Shown here piece after piece: positions 49,688 to 59,704 of a stretch of DNA of 64,000 nucleotides. The stretch covers positions 352,001 to 416,000 of the forward strand of contig CAVSGI010000009.1 in NCBI GenBank assembly GCA_963727445.1, in the 5' to 3' direction. The translations under genes were made by a program, and so were the position numbers. Positions within the stretch are counted from its first letter, which is position 1. The number at the start of each line of letters is the position of its first letter. The notes beneath the pieces were generated by a model. That model worked only from the letters and a program-made list of their open reading frames with translations, was not told the DNA's origin and did no database searches. This DNA is from an uncultured delta proteobacterium. GTDB taxonomy: Bacteria > Myxococcota_A > Polyangia > Polyangiales > B10-G4.

Positions 49688-50644
49688 TTGGATACGTTCA
49701 CCACGACGGACACCATCTACGCCCACACCAAGAAGAAGGACGTGTGGGGTTACGCCATCCTCGCCTTCGAGAGTGACGATTGGCGCGGCTACCAGTTCCA
49801 GGATGGCCGCCTGCGTGTCTTCAAGACGGGTTATTACGACCTGCTCGAGCCGGTGCTTCCCCGCCCCGAGGGCACGCCCCGCATCGTGGCAAACCTCAAG
49901 GCGATGCTCGCCAAGACGGTGGACGAGCGGGTCAAGCCGGCGAAGGCAAACGAGAAGCCCGCGCTCAGCTTCGAGGACCTGCTCACCGTCGCGAAGGACC
50001 TCTTCCCCGAGGGCTTCTCCAGCGAGGACTACCTCACGAAGGTGCGCGGCAAGGACGCCAAGCGCCGCCTGAAGCGTCATCGCGACGCGGCCATCGCCGA
50101 CGCGCAGGAGCGCCTGGCCAAGGCCAGCTTCACCAAGCTCTCGCCCGCCGAGGCGCGCGACACGCTGCGCAGCGTCATCACCTCGACCGATCTGGTCAAC
50201 GCCAAGCAGATCACGCCGATCGATTCGCTGCCCACCGAGCTCCTTCCCGAGCTCCAGAACGCGGTGATGCACATGCTCTACGCGAAGGGTCCCTACGAGG
50301 CGCGCTTCGAGCGTTTCGTGCAGATCCTCGAGCGCTCGGGCGACACGGTCTCCTGGGAGCTCGCCACCACGCCCGCCGCGCTGGTGTTCCCGGACGAGCA
50401 CATGTGGGTGAAGGTCACGCCGATGAAGCGTTTCCTCGCCCGCTTCTCCCCCTCGCTCTCGCTCACGCCGCGCGCGACCGGCTTCAGCTACTCGCGCCTC
50501 GTGTCCATGGGCGGCAGCCTCGTCGAAGGCCTCAACGGCGCGGGCCTCGAGCCCAGCGACTTCTTCGACGTGGCGCACCTGCTCTCGGAGATCACCAAGC
50601 CGCCCAGCCTCTCGCGCCTCGACGCGATGGCCGCGGACGCCTGA
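49688..50644 (+). CDS. Hypothetical protein
   Basis: RBS AGGAG + TTG; long ORF with strong third-position GC bias; function not recognised. Confidence 0.75.
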   Translation: MDTFTTTDTIYAHTKKKDVWGYAILAFESDDWRGYQFQDGRLRVFKTGYYDLLEPVLPRPEGTPRIVANLKAMLAKTVDERVKPAKANEKPALSFEDLLTVAKDLFPEGFSSEDYLTKVRGKDAKRRLKRHRDAAIADAQERLAKASFTKLSPAEARDTLRSVITSTDLVNAKQITPIDSLPTELLPELQNAVMHMLYAKGPYEARFERFVQILERSGDTVSWELATTPAALVFPDEHMWVKVTPMKRFLARFSPSLSLTPRATGFSYSRLVSMGGSLVEGLNGAGLEPSDFFDVAHLLSEITKPPSLSRLDAMAADA

Positions 50645-50663
50645 TCCTCGGTCGGGGTACAGC

Positions 50664-51359
50664 GTGCCCCGAGGTTCGGCACTGCTCCTACTCGGCGCGG
50701 CCGTCGCTCTGACGGCCTGCGCGCCGATCCGTCGGGTCAAGCCCGTGGAGGTCGGCGAGCACGTCGTGTCCGTGGGCTTCGGCGGGCCCATCACCGAGGT
50801 CGGCCGCGACACGGGCGCGTTCGTGCCCGCGCCGATCCTCAGCGCGGGTTGGGGCTACGGCGTGCACCGCATGGTCGACGTCGACGTCGGCTTGCAGATG
50901 AGCGAGCTGATCGTGGGCGGCCTCGCCCTCGATGCGGGGGTGAACGTGCGGCCGCTCCGGCCAGACGGGGCGCGGCCGGCGTTGATCATCCCGGTCAAGC
51001 TGCACTACCTGCTGCCGTTTCGCGGCGACCCCGGCAAGACCATGCGGCTCTACCCCGAGCTGGGCGCCACCGCGGCGTGGCAGCTCGGCGCGCGGCCCTT
51101 CTACACCTACGTCGGCTTTCAGCTCTGGTTCGATCTGGCGTCGCGCGGTGACGGCAACGACGTCGCCACGCGGGTGCTGCCCTCCTTTCACATCGGACAG
51201 ACCGTGGGAACCGAGGTGTGGCAGCTCTCCCTCGAGCTCCGCTACTACACGCCGAACGTGAGCGATCAGTTTCGTCTGGTCGACGTCGCCGATCTCGGCG
51301 GCGCCGGGAGCCTGGGAGTCTTGATCGGTTTCAGCGTCGGCTTCGGGGGTGACGCGTGA
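50664..51359 (+). CDS. Lipoprotein, possible outer-membrane beta-barrel
   Basis: Lipobox LTAC; amphipathic beta-strands; ends GFSVGFGGDA. Confidence 0.65.
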   Translation: MPRGSALLLLGAAVALTACAPIRRVKPVEVGEHVVSVGFGGPITEVGRDTGAFVPAPILSAGWGYGVHRMVDVDVGLQMSELIVGGLALDAGVNVRPLRPDGARPALIIPVKLHYLLPFRGDPGKTMRLYPELGATAAWQLGARPFYTYVGFQLWFDLASRGDGNDVATRVLPSFHIGQTVGTEVWQLSLELRYYTPNVSDQFRLVDVADLGGAGSLGVLIGFSVGFGGDA

Positions 51360-52222
51360 CGCGGCGATCATGGCACCTGGGGCTCGCGGCTCTCGTGCTC
51401 GTCTCAGCGTGCGCGGTGGATTTCGTCCTGTGGAACGGCCAGCACCTCGACGCGTACGGTTTCGACGACTTCAGCGGTGAGCGTCTCGACGACGAGGCCT
51501 TCGACACCCTCGCGCCCATCGATCCGGCCGCGATCCGTGAGCTCCGTGTCACCAGCGGCAGTGAGACGCTCGGGGCGGTGCTGGTCTCGGAGACCGAGGT
51601 CGGACCTTCGGACACGCTCATCGTCTACTTTCACGGGAGCGCCCGTCACCTCGACTACTACTGGGCGCGCGTGCGCCTGCTCCACGCCACCGGCTATCCG
51701 GTGCTGGCGATCGACTATCGGGGTTACGGCGTGAGCACCGGCCGGTCGAGCGTGCCGAGCGTCCTCGAAGATGCCCGCGCCGCGATGCGCTACGTACAGA
51801 GCGAGCTCGGCGGGCCGCGGGTCGTCATCTACGGCAACTCGTTGGGGACGACGGCGGCCGGGCGGATGGCGGCGGAGAGCTCGATCGCCGGCCTCGTGCT
51901 CGAGGTGCCGATCAACTCTCTCGAGACAGCGGTCGCCGATCAGTTCGGCGCGAGCGTCCCGCCCGAGTCGCTCTTCGAGCAGAACGTCAGCGTGCGTGAC
52001 GACGCCGCGGCCAGCGGCGCGCCCCTCCTCGTCTTCGCGGCCGATACCGATGCGCTCTTCCCGCCGGCGCATCACGCCGAGAAGGTCTTCGAGCACCACC
52101 AGGAGGCGACCAGCGCGCCGGGCACCATCATCCACGTCCCCGGAGGGCACGACGACGTGCCGAGCGACCTCGGCTACGACGCCTATGCACGCACGGTTGG
52201 CGACTTCGTCGACGGGCTGTGA
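51356..52222 (+). CDS. Alpha/beta hydrolase lipoprotein
   Basis: YFHGS, IDYRGYG, GNSLG, GGHDD; GTGA overlap with upstream gene. Confidence 0.88.
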   Translation: MTRRSWHLGLAALVLVSACAVDFVLWNGQHLDAYGFDDFSGERLDDEAFDTLAPIDPAAIRELRVTSGSETLGAVLVSETEVGPSDTLIVYFHGSARHLDYYWARVRLLHATGYPVLAIDYRGYGVSTGRSSVPSVLEDARAAMRYVQSELGGPRVVIYGNSLGTTAAGRMAAESSIAGLVLEVPINSLETAVADQFGASVPPESLFEQNVSVRDDAAASGAPLLVFAADTDALFPPAHHAEKVFEHHQEATSAPGTIIHVPGGHDDVPSDLGYDAYARTVGDFVDGL

Positions 52223-52306
52223 CCGGGCGCGGGCAGAGGCGTCACCTCTCGATACAGGGGTTGCCGTCGGCGCAGCTACCGATCCATGAGCGCGCGAGCG
52301 CCGCGC

Positions 52307-52909
52307 CTACTGGACGTTCAAGGTCGCGAGGATCTCGTTGCACTGCGCGCGGACCGACTCGAAGTCTCCGAGGGAGCCCGAGCAGGTGAAGGCGTAGCCG
52401 GTGCCGCCCGACGCGGTGAAGCGCTGGAGCGTGTGGGTGGGCGGGGCGTTCGTCGGCCACTGCGCCTCGATGTCGAGGCCGGGGAGCGCGCCCACGGTCG
52501 AGGGGGTCTGCGAAATGATCGTGACCGTGCCGACCGATTGAAGGAGCGCGACGTTCGACGCGCCATACGACGCCGGGTCACCGTAGAACGGCTCGGTGAC
52601 GAGGTTCACGTTCGTGAGAAAGCCGTTCGCACTGCTCGTCGCCCGCGCGCTCGAGACCACAGGCGCCGGCAGCGAGATGTCCTCCCACCCCATCGGGACG
52701 GCGAAGGACCACGTCGGTCCGCTCACGGTGCGGTAGCCCGGCGGGGTCGCGGACGCCGACGTCGGCGTGCCCACCGCCACTGGGCCCGGCGCTTCGGACC
52801 GAGCCGTGAAGAAGAAGACCGCCGCGCCCCCGCCCACACACAACCCGAGCAGTGCGAGCGCGCCGCATCCGAGCCCCACGAAGAGCATTGTCTTGTTGCC
52901 TTCTGCCAC
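52307..52909 (-). CDS. Membrane-anchored DcrB/PsbP-like protein
   Basis: N-terminal TM with GCG; FAVPMGW, NVNLVTE, YAFTCS, ILATLNV. Confidence 0.6.
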   Translation of the reverse strand: MAEGNKTMLFVGLGCGALALLGLCVGGGAAVFFFTARSEAPGPVAVGTPTSASATPPGYRTVSGPTWSFAVPMGWEDISLPAPVVSSARATSSANGFLTNVNLVTEPFYGDPASYGASNVALLQSVGTVTIISQTPSTVGALPGLDIEAQWPTNAPPTHTLQRFTASGGTGYAFTCSGSLGDFESVRAQCNEILATLNVQ

Positions 52910-52934
52910 CGATCCACCTCTGTTCTCAGAACGT

Positions 52935-54611
52935 TCAGCTCGGGCCGAGCACACGCATCGGCATGGTCACCGGGTCCGGGGTGGTCGACCCGATGCCGAC
53001 CTCTCCGCTCCCGTTGGTCCCCCAACAATAGACGATGCCGCCCGCGAGGGCGCATACATGCGTCGCTCCGCCGCCCCCACCCAGGGTGATGGCCGTGGGC
53101 GCTTCACCGGCCGGGATCTCTCCCCGAAGGACCCGCGTCGGCGGCTGCTCGTTGGGCTCGACTCCGACCCCCAGCGCGCCCCCGTTGCTCCACCCCCAAC
53201 ACCATAGCGCGCCGCTTCGGATGCCGCACGTCTGCTGGTAGCCGGCGCCGACCGCGGTCCATTCGGCCGGACCCGCCGGTTGAACCATCGCGTAGTAGAC
53301 GTCCATGGTGCCGGCGCCGAGCTCGCCGAGGCCGCCCGAGCCCGCGCAATGGATCTCGCCGGCGACGTTGAGAACGCAGGTATGCGAGAGCCCGGTCGCG
53401 ATCGCCGTCACGTCGTCGGTGATCTCGTCCATCGCGTAGAGCACGCTGGCGGTATTCGGATGTGCGGCGCCCGACGTTCCGTCTCCCAGCCGACCTGCAT
53501 CCGATTCGCCCCAGCAGACGGCGCGTTGGCCGTCCATGATGAAGCACGAGTGCTGATCACCGGCCTCGAGGGCGGTGATGTCGACGTACGACACGCCATT
53601 GTCGAACGCGTACTGGTTGACGGCACTCGGGGCCAGCGAGCCGAGCTGCCCGGAGTCGTTGTTCCCCGTGCACAGGATCTCGTCCCCCACGGGCCCGTCG
53701 TTGATGACGCAGGTGTGCTGTCCGCCGGCGGCGACGAGTGGGATGGCCGTCAGCCCGTCGAGCCCTTCCGCCCGCGCCGGCGTCGGCTGCGTCGAACCCC
53801 CGGAGCTGCCGAGCTGCCCGTCCGAGTTGTCGCCCCAGCACCAGACCTCGTCCTCGTCTTCGGGGCTCCCGCCCCGCGTGCCCGCGGCGCAGGTGTGCTG
53901 CAGGCCGGCGCTCACGCAGGTCACGCGAAGCGCGTCGGGGAGCATCACCGCGGTCGGGCTCAGCACGTCGTCCAAAGAGCCGTCTCCGACCTGGCCGGAA
54001 TCGTTCCTCCCCCAGCAGTAGAGATCGCCCGCGGCGGTGAGGGCGCAGCTGTGCTCGCCCCCCGCGGTGAGCTGGACGACCGGATCACAGGGCTGATCGG
54101 CGCTGCAGCCCTCCCAGCAGGTCTCGGGATCGCAGATGCCGGCGGGCTCGATGCCGTCCGGGTCGGTCCCGCCATAGCCCTCCCCGTTGCGCCCGACGGG
54201 GATGCACGCGCCGTCGTTGCAGGTCTGTCCTTCGGCGCAGGTCACTGCCACGGACGTGCACGACGCGTAGAGATACATCCGCAGAAAGAGGATCTGACCG
54301 CTCTCGAAGCGCGTCTCCGCGCGTTGGGTGAGCACGTCTGCTCCCCCGGCGTCCCGGCCGGTCACCGTCAAAGTGAAGGGCCCCGGCTCTCCCGCCGGCA
54401 CCAACGTCAGCCGCGCGGGTCGTGGCTGCATCTGGAAGTCGCCCATGGTCTCGGTGGTGATGGGGGTGCCGTCGCGTCCGATCACCTCGACGTAGACCGT
54501 CTGGATCGAGGAAATGTCGGTGTCGACGAAGACCAGCATGGCCGTTTCTTCGCGACAGCCCGTCACGCAGATCATGGCGCTGAGCCCGAACAGAACGGAG
54601 AGGCGCCTCAT
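52935..54611 (-). CDS. RCC1-repeat lipoprotein
   Basis: Lipobox VTGC; seven AGxxH(T/S)C...CWGxNxxGQLG-type repeats. Confidence 0.9.
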   Translation of the reverse strand: MRRLSVLFGLSAMICVTGCREETAMLVFVDTDISSIQTVYVEVIGRDGTPITTETMGDFQMQPRPARLTLVPAGEPGPFTLTVTGRDAGGADVLTQRAETRFESGQILFLRMYLYASCTSVAVTCAEGQTCNDGACIPVGRNGEGYGGTDPDGIEPAGICDPETCWEGCSADQPCDPVVQLTAGGEHSCALTAAGDLYCWGRNDSGQVGDGSLDDVLSPTAVMLPDALRVTCVSAGLQHTCAAGTRGGSPEDEDEVWCWGDNSDGQLGSSGGSTQPTPARAEGLDGLTAIPLVAAGGQHTCVINDGPVGDEILCTGNNDSGQLGSLAPSAVNQYAFDNGVSYVDITALEAGDQHSCFIMDGQRAVCWGESDAGRLGDGTSGAAHPNTASVLYAMDEITDDVTAIATGLSHTCVLNVAGEIHCAGSGGLGELGAGTMDVYYAMVQPAGPAEWTAVGAGYQQTCGIRSGALWCWGWSNGGALGVGVEPNEQPPTRVLRGEIPAGEAPTAITLGGGGGATHVCALAGGIVYCWGTNGSGEVGIGSTTPDPVTMPMRVLGPS

Positions 54612-55480
54612 GGGATCTCCAGTGGGCCGCCGGGAAAAGCTCGGTTCGGTGGCGGCTGGGCGGGGGGAACCGCGAAGTAGATGCCGACGGCGAGGAGTGC
54701 GACGGCGGCGACCCCCACGATCGTCCAGAACCACCACTGGCCGAGGATAGAGCCGCTCGCTTCCTCGTCCGCTTGGGGCGCCGGCGACAGAGGCGGCTGA
54801 GTCTCGGCGGGCGTGGGGGAGGGCTCGGGGAGAGTGGGTTCCGCCAGCGTCGGCTCCTCCGAGGGGATCGGCTCTTCGGGGATCAACGGTGCGTCGAGGC
54901 TCAGCTCGAGCGCTTGTCCTTCGGCCAGCGTCGCGGAGGCTTCGGCGACTTCGCTTTCGTCTCGCACGACGGCGACGCGCCGGCTTCCGGGATCGACGGG
55001 GATCGGCCCTTCGAGGAGAGCCGGATTCAACGCTTCGCCGTCGAGCGTCACCACGTCACCCTCGACGACGCCCGTGAGTCGGAGCGTGAGTGTCGGGATG
55101 CGCGGCTCGATCTCGGCGAGCTTCGCCTCGGCGGCGGCGCGGCTCCGGTGCCCCTCCTCGATCACGCCGAGGTACTCCCGGTAGCTCTCGGCGCTGTCGA
55201 CGAGGTGGCCGGTCTGCGCTTGTGCGCCAGCCAGGTTCAACAGGGCCGAGGGCCTGGCGTTGAGCGCGTACGAGTGCGCGAAGCGCTCCCGCGCGGTCTC
55301 CCAGTCACCGGCGCGGGCGGCGCGGACACCCTCCTGAAACGCCTGGCGCGCCACGGTGACGTCGGCCGCATTCGGCTGAGCCGCGGCGGGCGTCGGCATC
55401 CAGACGAGGCATCCGAGAAGGAGCGCGGTCGCGATCACCGGCGCGAGCGTAGCCGAGCCGAGGCGGCCCTCCCAGGACAA
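54608..55480 (-). CDS. TPR + PEGA-like protein with C-terminal TM helix
   Basis: ARQAFQEG...FAHSYAL...LLNLA; VDPGSRRV; TM after GQWWFW; start uncertain. Confidence 0.82.
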   Translation of the reverse strand: MSWEGRLGSATLAPVIATALLLGCLVWMPTPAAAQPNAADVTVARQAFQEGVRAARAGDWETARERFAHSYALNARPSALLNLAGAQAQTGHLVDSAESYREYLGVIEEGHRSRAAAEAKLAEIEPRIPTLTLRLTGVVEGDVVTLDGEALNPALLEGPIPVDPGSRRVAVVRDESEVAEASATLAEGQALELSLDAPLIPEEPIPSEEPTLAEPTLPEPSPTPAETQPPLSPAPQADEEASGSILGQWWFWTIVGVAAVALLAVGIYFAVPPAQPPPNRAFPGGPLEIP

Positions 55481-55527
55481 CCTCGGGGCAGAGGCGCGGC
55501 CGCCCCAAAGCTGTTAGCGTGTGCGCG

Positions 55528-56925
55528 GTGTCGGACCCCGAGGAACCCGAGGCCGAAGACCCGTATCTGGGTCGCGTGCTCGACGGTCGCTACCAGCTGT
55601 TGCGCCGGCTGGGTCGGGGCGGCATGGGATCCGTCTACGAGGCCGAGCACACGACCATCGGGCGACGCCTGGCGATCAAGATCCTCTTCATGCACCTCGC
55701 TTCGGACGCCGACGCCGTCCGACGCTTCAAGAACGAAGCGCGGGCGAGCGGCACCCTCGGCCACCCGAACATCGTGGAGTCGGTCGACTTCGGGCGGACA
55801 CGAGACGGCGCCCCGTACATCGCGATGGAGCTGCTCTCGGGGCGTAGCCTCGCAGACGCGGTGCGTGAGGACGGGCCCTTCGCCATCGACCGCGCCGTCC
55901 GGGTCGTCGATTCGATCGCGGCGGCCCTGAGCGCCGCGCACGACAAGGGTATCTACCATCGGGACATCAAGCCCGAGAACGTCTTTCTCTGCGGTGAGGA
56001 GGAGCGGGTGAAGGTGCTCGACTTCGGCATCTCGAAGTTCGCCCAGGGAGGCGTGAGCGTGGCCACGCAGACCGGGGCGATCATGGGCTCACCGCGCTAC
56101 ATGGCGCCCGAACAACTCACGGACTCGAGCAGCACCGATGCCCGAACCGACGTCTATCAGCTCGGGGCGGTGCTCTTCGAGCTGCTCACGACGCGGCTGC
56201 CTTTCGAGCAGAACACGCTGCCCGCGCTCTACGTCGCCATCGCGCAGACCGATCCGCCATCGGTCGGTGACACGCGCGCGGACGTGCCGGAGGCGCTCGC
56301 GAGCCTCGTGGCCTCGATGCTCGGTAAGTCGCCCGACGACCGACCCCAGAGCATGGCCGAGGTCCGCGAGCGCATCGCCGCGTTCAGCTCGCTGTCGGGG
56401 CCGCCGCGGCTCTCGGCGCCGGCACCGGCACCCAGCGCGACCGAGGCGACGCCCTTCGCCACCGAAATGGCGGACACGGGGGTCGAGCTGCCGATGCGCT
56501 CCACGGGGGCTCGCCTGCTTCTGGGGCTGGTCGCCGTGTTGCTCTTCGTCGGTGGCGCGGCGTGGCTCAGCGCGGACGACCAGGCGAGTCCGGCCGCCTC
56601 TCCGGCGGCTGCGGTGCCGGTAGCCATGCCCGCCGCGAGCGAAGAAGCGGAGCCGGTGGCGCCGCCCGCTGCGAGCGAGCCCGCGCAGCCGGCGGCGGAG
56701 GAGGAGCCGCCAGCGAGCCCTCCCCACGTCGCCCCGATGGATCGCGTGGAAGCGCCGGATGCTCCTGCGTCGCCCGCGATGGAGACCGCCACTCGCATGG
56801 ATGGCCGCCATCGAGCCGTGGCGATGCGCACGGCCCTGCCGATGGAGGAGCCCACGCCGGTCACGACCATGGCGCCCGAACCGACGATGGAGATCGACGG
56901 GGTGCCTTTCGAGGCGGACTACTGA
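55528..56925 (+). CDS. Membrane Ser/Thr protein kinase
   Basis: LGRGGMG, AIK, HRDIKPEN, DFG, GSPRYMAPE; TM helix; Pro/Ala-rich tail. Confidence 0.93.
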   Translation: MSDPEEPEAEDPYLGRVLDGRYQLLRRLGRGGMGSVYEAEHTTIGRRLAIKILFMHLASDADAVRRFKNEARASGTLGHPNIVESVDFGRTRDGAPYIAMELLSGRSLADAVREDGPFAIDRAVRVVDSIAAALSAAHDKGIYHRDIKPENVFLCGEEERVKVLDFGISKFAQGGVSVATQTGAIMGSPRYMAPEQLTDSSSTDARTDVYQLGAVLFELLTTRLPFEQNTLPALYVAIAQTDPPSVGDTRADVPEALASLVASMLGKSPDDRPQSMAEVRERIAAFSSLSGPPRLSAPAPAPSATEATPFATEMADTGVELPMRSTGARLLLGLVAVLLFVGGAAWLSADDQASPAASPAAAVPVAMPAASEEAEPVAPPAASEPAQPAAEEEPPASPPHVAPMDRVEAPDAPASPAMETATRMDGRHRAVAMRTALPMEEPTPVTTMAPEPTMEIDGVPFEADY

Positions 56926-56982
56926 AGCAACCAAACCGAGCAGGCGCGGACACCGTCGACTCCATCGTGTAGCTTTCGGGCC

Positions 56983-59076
56983 GTGACCCACACGTTCGGC
57001 CCCGTCTCGACATCCATCTTCGTGCTCGCCGTGGCTGGGTGCGGCGCCGGTCGACCTGCGTCGGGGGACGCCACGCTCGATGCCATCGTCGAGAGCGGCA
57101 CCACCGCCCAGCCGATAGTGGAGTCGGTGCCTGACGATCTGCTCGCGACAGTGGAAGCGCAACCCGAGGCCGAAAGCGAAGCGCTTCTCGAGAGGCTCAT
57201 GGAGGACGGCCCGTCTCTGGACGTGGAGCTCATGGAGCTCTTGCCGCTGCTCCGGGCCGTCGTCGATCGGGAGCGGAGCGAGTGTGAACGGACGATCCGC
57301 TGCGTGAAGGAGCTCGGTCGCGCCTATCTCGTGATCGCGGCCCTGGGGCGAAACCCCATCGGGGACGCCACGACCTGGGCGCAGAGCTCGGGCGGGCAGG
57401 AGGTCGCCGAGGTCTTGCGGAGCCTGCCTCCGCTCGCGGTGGCGCGGCAGGCCTGGGTCGTGGCGCGCCTGCGCACGCTCGGCGCGGCGGGCGCAACCGT
57501 CGCGGAATCGCTGAGGTGGGCGCGCGAGGGGGCGAGCGTCGCGGGGGAGCACCAGGCGGCGGCCGATCGTGCGCTCGCCGTGGTGCGTCTGGCTGGAGAC
57601 GAGAGCGCGGATAACGACTGGGAGCGGGCCGCGGCGCTCTGCTACACGGCTTCGAGGATCGCATGCGGCGACGCCTCGCGCGACGAGCTCGCACGGCGCG
57701 GCGCGAGCCCAGAGACTCTCGCAGAGCTCGCCGCACTGCGCCGGTACGGGGATTTGGCCCAGGCCCGCGAAGGACGGACGAGCGTGGATGACGAGGTCGC
57801 TCGCATCGAGGCCCTCCTCGCTCTCGAGCGCTACGCGGACGCGCAGCGCGTCGCGGCCAGCGCGCTTCGAGACAATCCTCGGGACGCGCGGCTGCGCCTC
57901 GCCGCGATTCGAGCCGATGTGCCGCGCTTGATGCGTGCGGGGGAGGCGGACCGGGTTTGGGACAGCTACTTCGGCGACCTCGAGAACCTCGAGCACGTGG
58001 AGGCCGACTTCCTGGAGGTGGGCATCGTCATCTGGCAGTTCCGTGTCCTGCTGGGCTCCATGACCAGTGGTTCGGCGGGTGGTCCGGCGAGCATGGACCC
58101 CGACACGGCGCGACGAGAGCTCGCGCTGCTCACCACCGAGCTGACGCGTCATCGGCCGGCGCGCGCGCTCGCCCTGGAGGCAGCGACCGGGCTTTCGCTC
58201 ATGTCTTTGCTCGAGAACACACCACGTCACGTCATCCGCGAGCGCGCCACCGTTCAGCTCGCTCGGCTCCTCGAGGCGCTCCCCGAGCACCCCGAAGAGC
58301 CGATGCTCTATCGAGCGATCTTCTTCCTCTCGACCATGGCCCAGGACCATGCGCTCCGCATGCGGGCCGTGGGGGTGGAGCTGCCATCCTCGCTGGGTGA
58401 GGCGCGCGAGGCGCTGCGAGCCGATCGCGAACGTTTGCGCGTGGCCCTCACGCTGCGGAAGGGCGACGAGCGATACCTCCTCGAGCCCGTGCGCAACGAG
58501 GACTTCGCCGCTTTCGTCGGCGCGCTTCGTGCCGAGCGCCCCGAGGAGTGGGAAGCGCTGATCCCGGCGTTCGAGCGCATGCTGGCGAACGCCGACGAGA
58601 GCGCGCGACCGCGCGCGATGAACAATCTGGGGGTCGTCTTGCGAGCGGCGGGTCGCGACGGAGCGATCGCGTACATTCGCGCCGCCTGGGACGACAGCAA
58701 CGATCCGAGTCCCGCACTGAATCTCTCGAGCATCACCCCGGCCCAGGAGCGCGACTCCCGCTGGAGAGAGGCCCTCGAAAGTCTCGTCGTCTCCGCACGC
58801 CGGGCACCTCAGCGGTGGCAGGCGGCGGCGCTCCTCACGACCGTCGAGCCCTTCGAAGACATGTCCGACGAAGCGCGCCAAGCGATCCAACGAGACTTCG
58901 AGGCAGGCGACCTGGTTGTTGGCGATCCGAACGAGTTCGTCTTCGATCGAGGCACGAGCTTCGGCCTCAGCATGCAGAGCCGGGGCGGCGGCGCCATCGG
59001 CACCTTCGAGCTCCCGATCACCGCGTGGCTTCTGGCAGATCCGATCCCGGTTCGAACGCTCGAGGCGGCGAACTGA
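56983..59076 (+). CDS. Large helical (TPR-like) lipoprotein
   Basis: Lipobox VAGC; Ala/Leu/Arg-rich helices; AMNNLGV. Confidence 0.65.
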   Translation: MTHTFGPVSTSIFVLAVAGCGAGRPASGDATLDAIVESGTTAQPIVESVPDDLLATVEAQPEAESEALLERLMEDGPSLDVELMELLPLLRAVVDRERSECERTIRCVKELGRAYLVIAALGRNPIGDATTWAQSSGGQEVAEVLRSLPPLAVARQAWVVARLRTLGAAGATVAESLRWAREGASVAGEHQAAADRALAVVRLAGDESADNDWERAAALCYTASRIACGDASRDELARRGASPETLAELAALRRYGDLAQAREGRTSVDDEVARIEALLALERYADAQRVAASALRDNPRDARLRLAAIRADVPRLMRAGEADRVWDSYFGDLENLEHVEADFLEVGIVIWQFRVLLGSMTSGSAGGPASMDPDTARRELALLTTELTRHRPARALALEAATGLSLMSLLENTPRHVIRERATVQLARLLEALPEHPEEPMLYRAIFFLSTMAQDHALRMRAVGVELPSSLGEAREALRADRERLRVALTLRKGDERYLLEPVRNEDFAAFVGALRAERPEEWEALIPAFERMLANADESARPRAMNNLGVVLRAAGRDGAIAYIRAAWDDSNDPSPALNLSSITPAQERDSRWREALESLVVSARRAPQRWQAAALLTTVEPFEDMSDEARQAIQRDFEAGDLVVGDPNEFVFDRGTSFGLSMQSRGGGAIGTFELPITAWLLADPIPVRTLEAAN

Positions 59077-59103
59077 CTTCCGCCCGCGCTGCGGATCTCT
59101 GCC

Positions 59104-59649
59104 TCAGTCTCTGGTCGAGGCGCCGTCGTCCGTCTCGGCGCGCGATCGGATGAAGGAGATCAGTCCTGCGAGGATCGAGACGAAAGCGCCGCCGAGGATC
59201 ATCCAGAGGCCGAAGCCGGTCTTCTGAAAGAAGAAGATCACGACCATCACCATCCCGTAGCCGACGATGAGGATCCCGAGCACGGCGGCGATGCGATCGG
59301 AGTAGCGGATGCCGAGAAAACCGACGGCGGTCAGCGCGATCCCGAAGAGTGGGATGGCGAGCAGGACGTACCGGTTTGCGTCCTGACCCACGAGGGCACG
59401 GACGACCGGATCGCCGGCCATCACCACGTCGAGCCCGGTCACCAGGTTGGTCTGGTTGTCCTGTCCCTCGAGGCGCAGCCACGGCAGGAAGAACCCGATC
59501 AACAGGAGCAGGCCAGCCGCACCGAGAACGATCCGCAAGCCGATGTGCGGGGCCCCAGCCTTGGGCTTCCCCTTCGCCTTGGGCTCGATGTCGAGTGAAC
59601 CCGCGCCCGCCTCGTCGTCCGCCCCGAAGTCCTCTTCATCCTTGGCCAT
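59104..59649 (-). CDS. Four-TM membrane protein
   Basis: Acidic N-terminus; FFLPW; GFGLW; four hydrophobic segments. Confidence 0.75.
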   Translation of the reverse strand: MAKDEEDFGADDEAGAGSLDIEPKAKGKPKAGAPHIGLRIVLGAAGLLLLIGFFLPWLRLEGQDNQTNLVTGLDVVMAGDPVVRALVGQDANRYVLLAIPLFGIALTAVGFLGIRYSDRIAAVLGILIVGYGMVMVVIFFFQKTGFGLWMILGGAFVSILAGLISFIRSRAETDDGASTRD

Positions 59650-59704
59650 CGCCGCACAATGTAGCAGGGACGACCGATATCCTTCAGCCTCGGCTACTCC
59701 ATCG

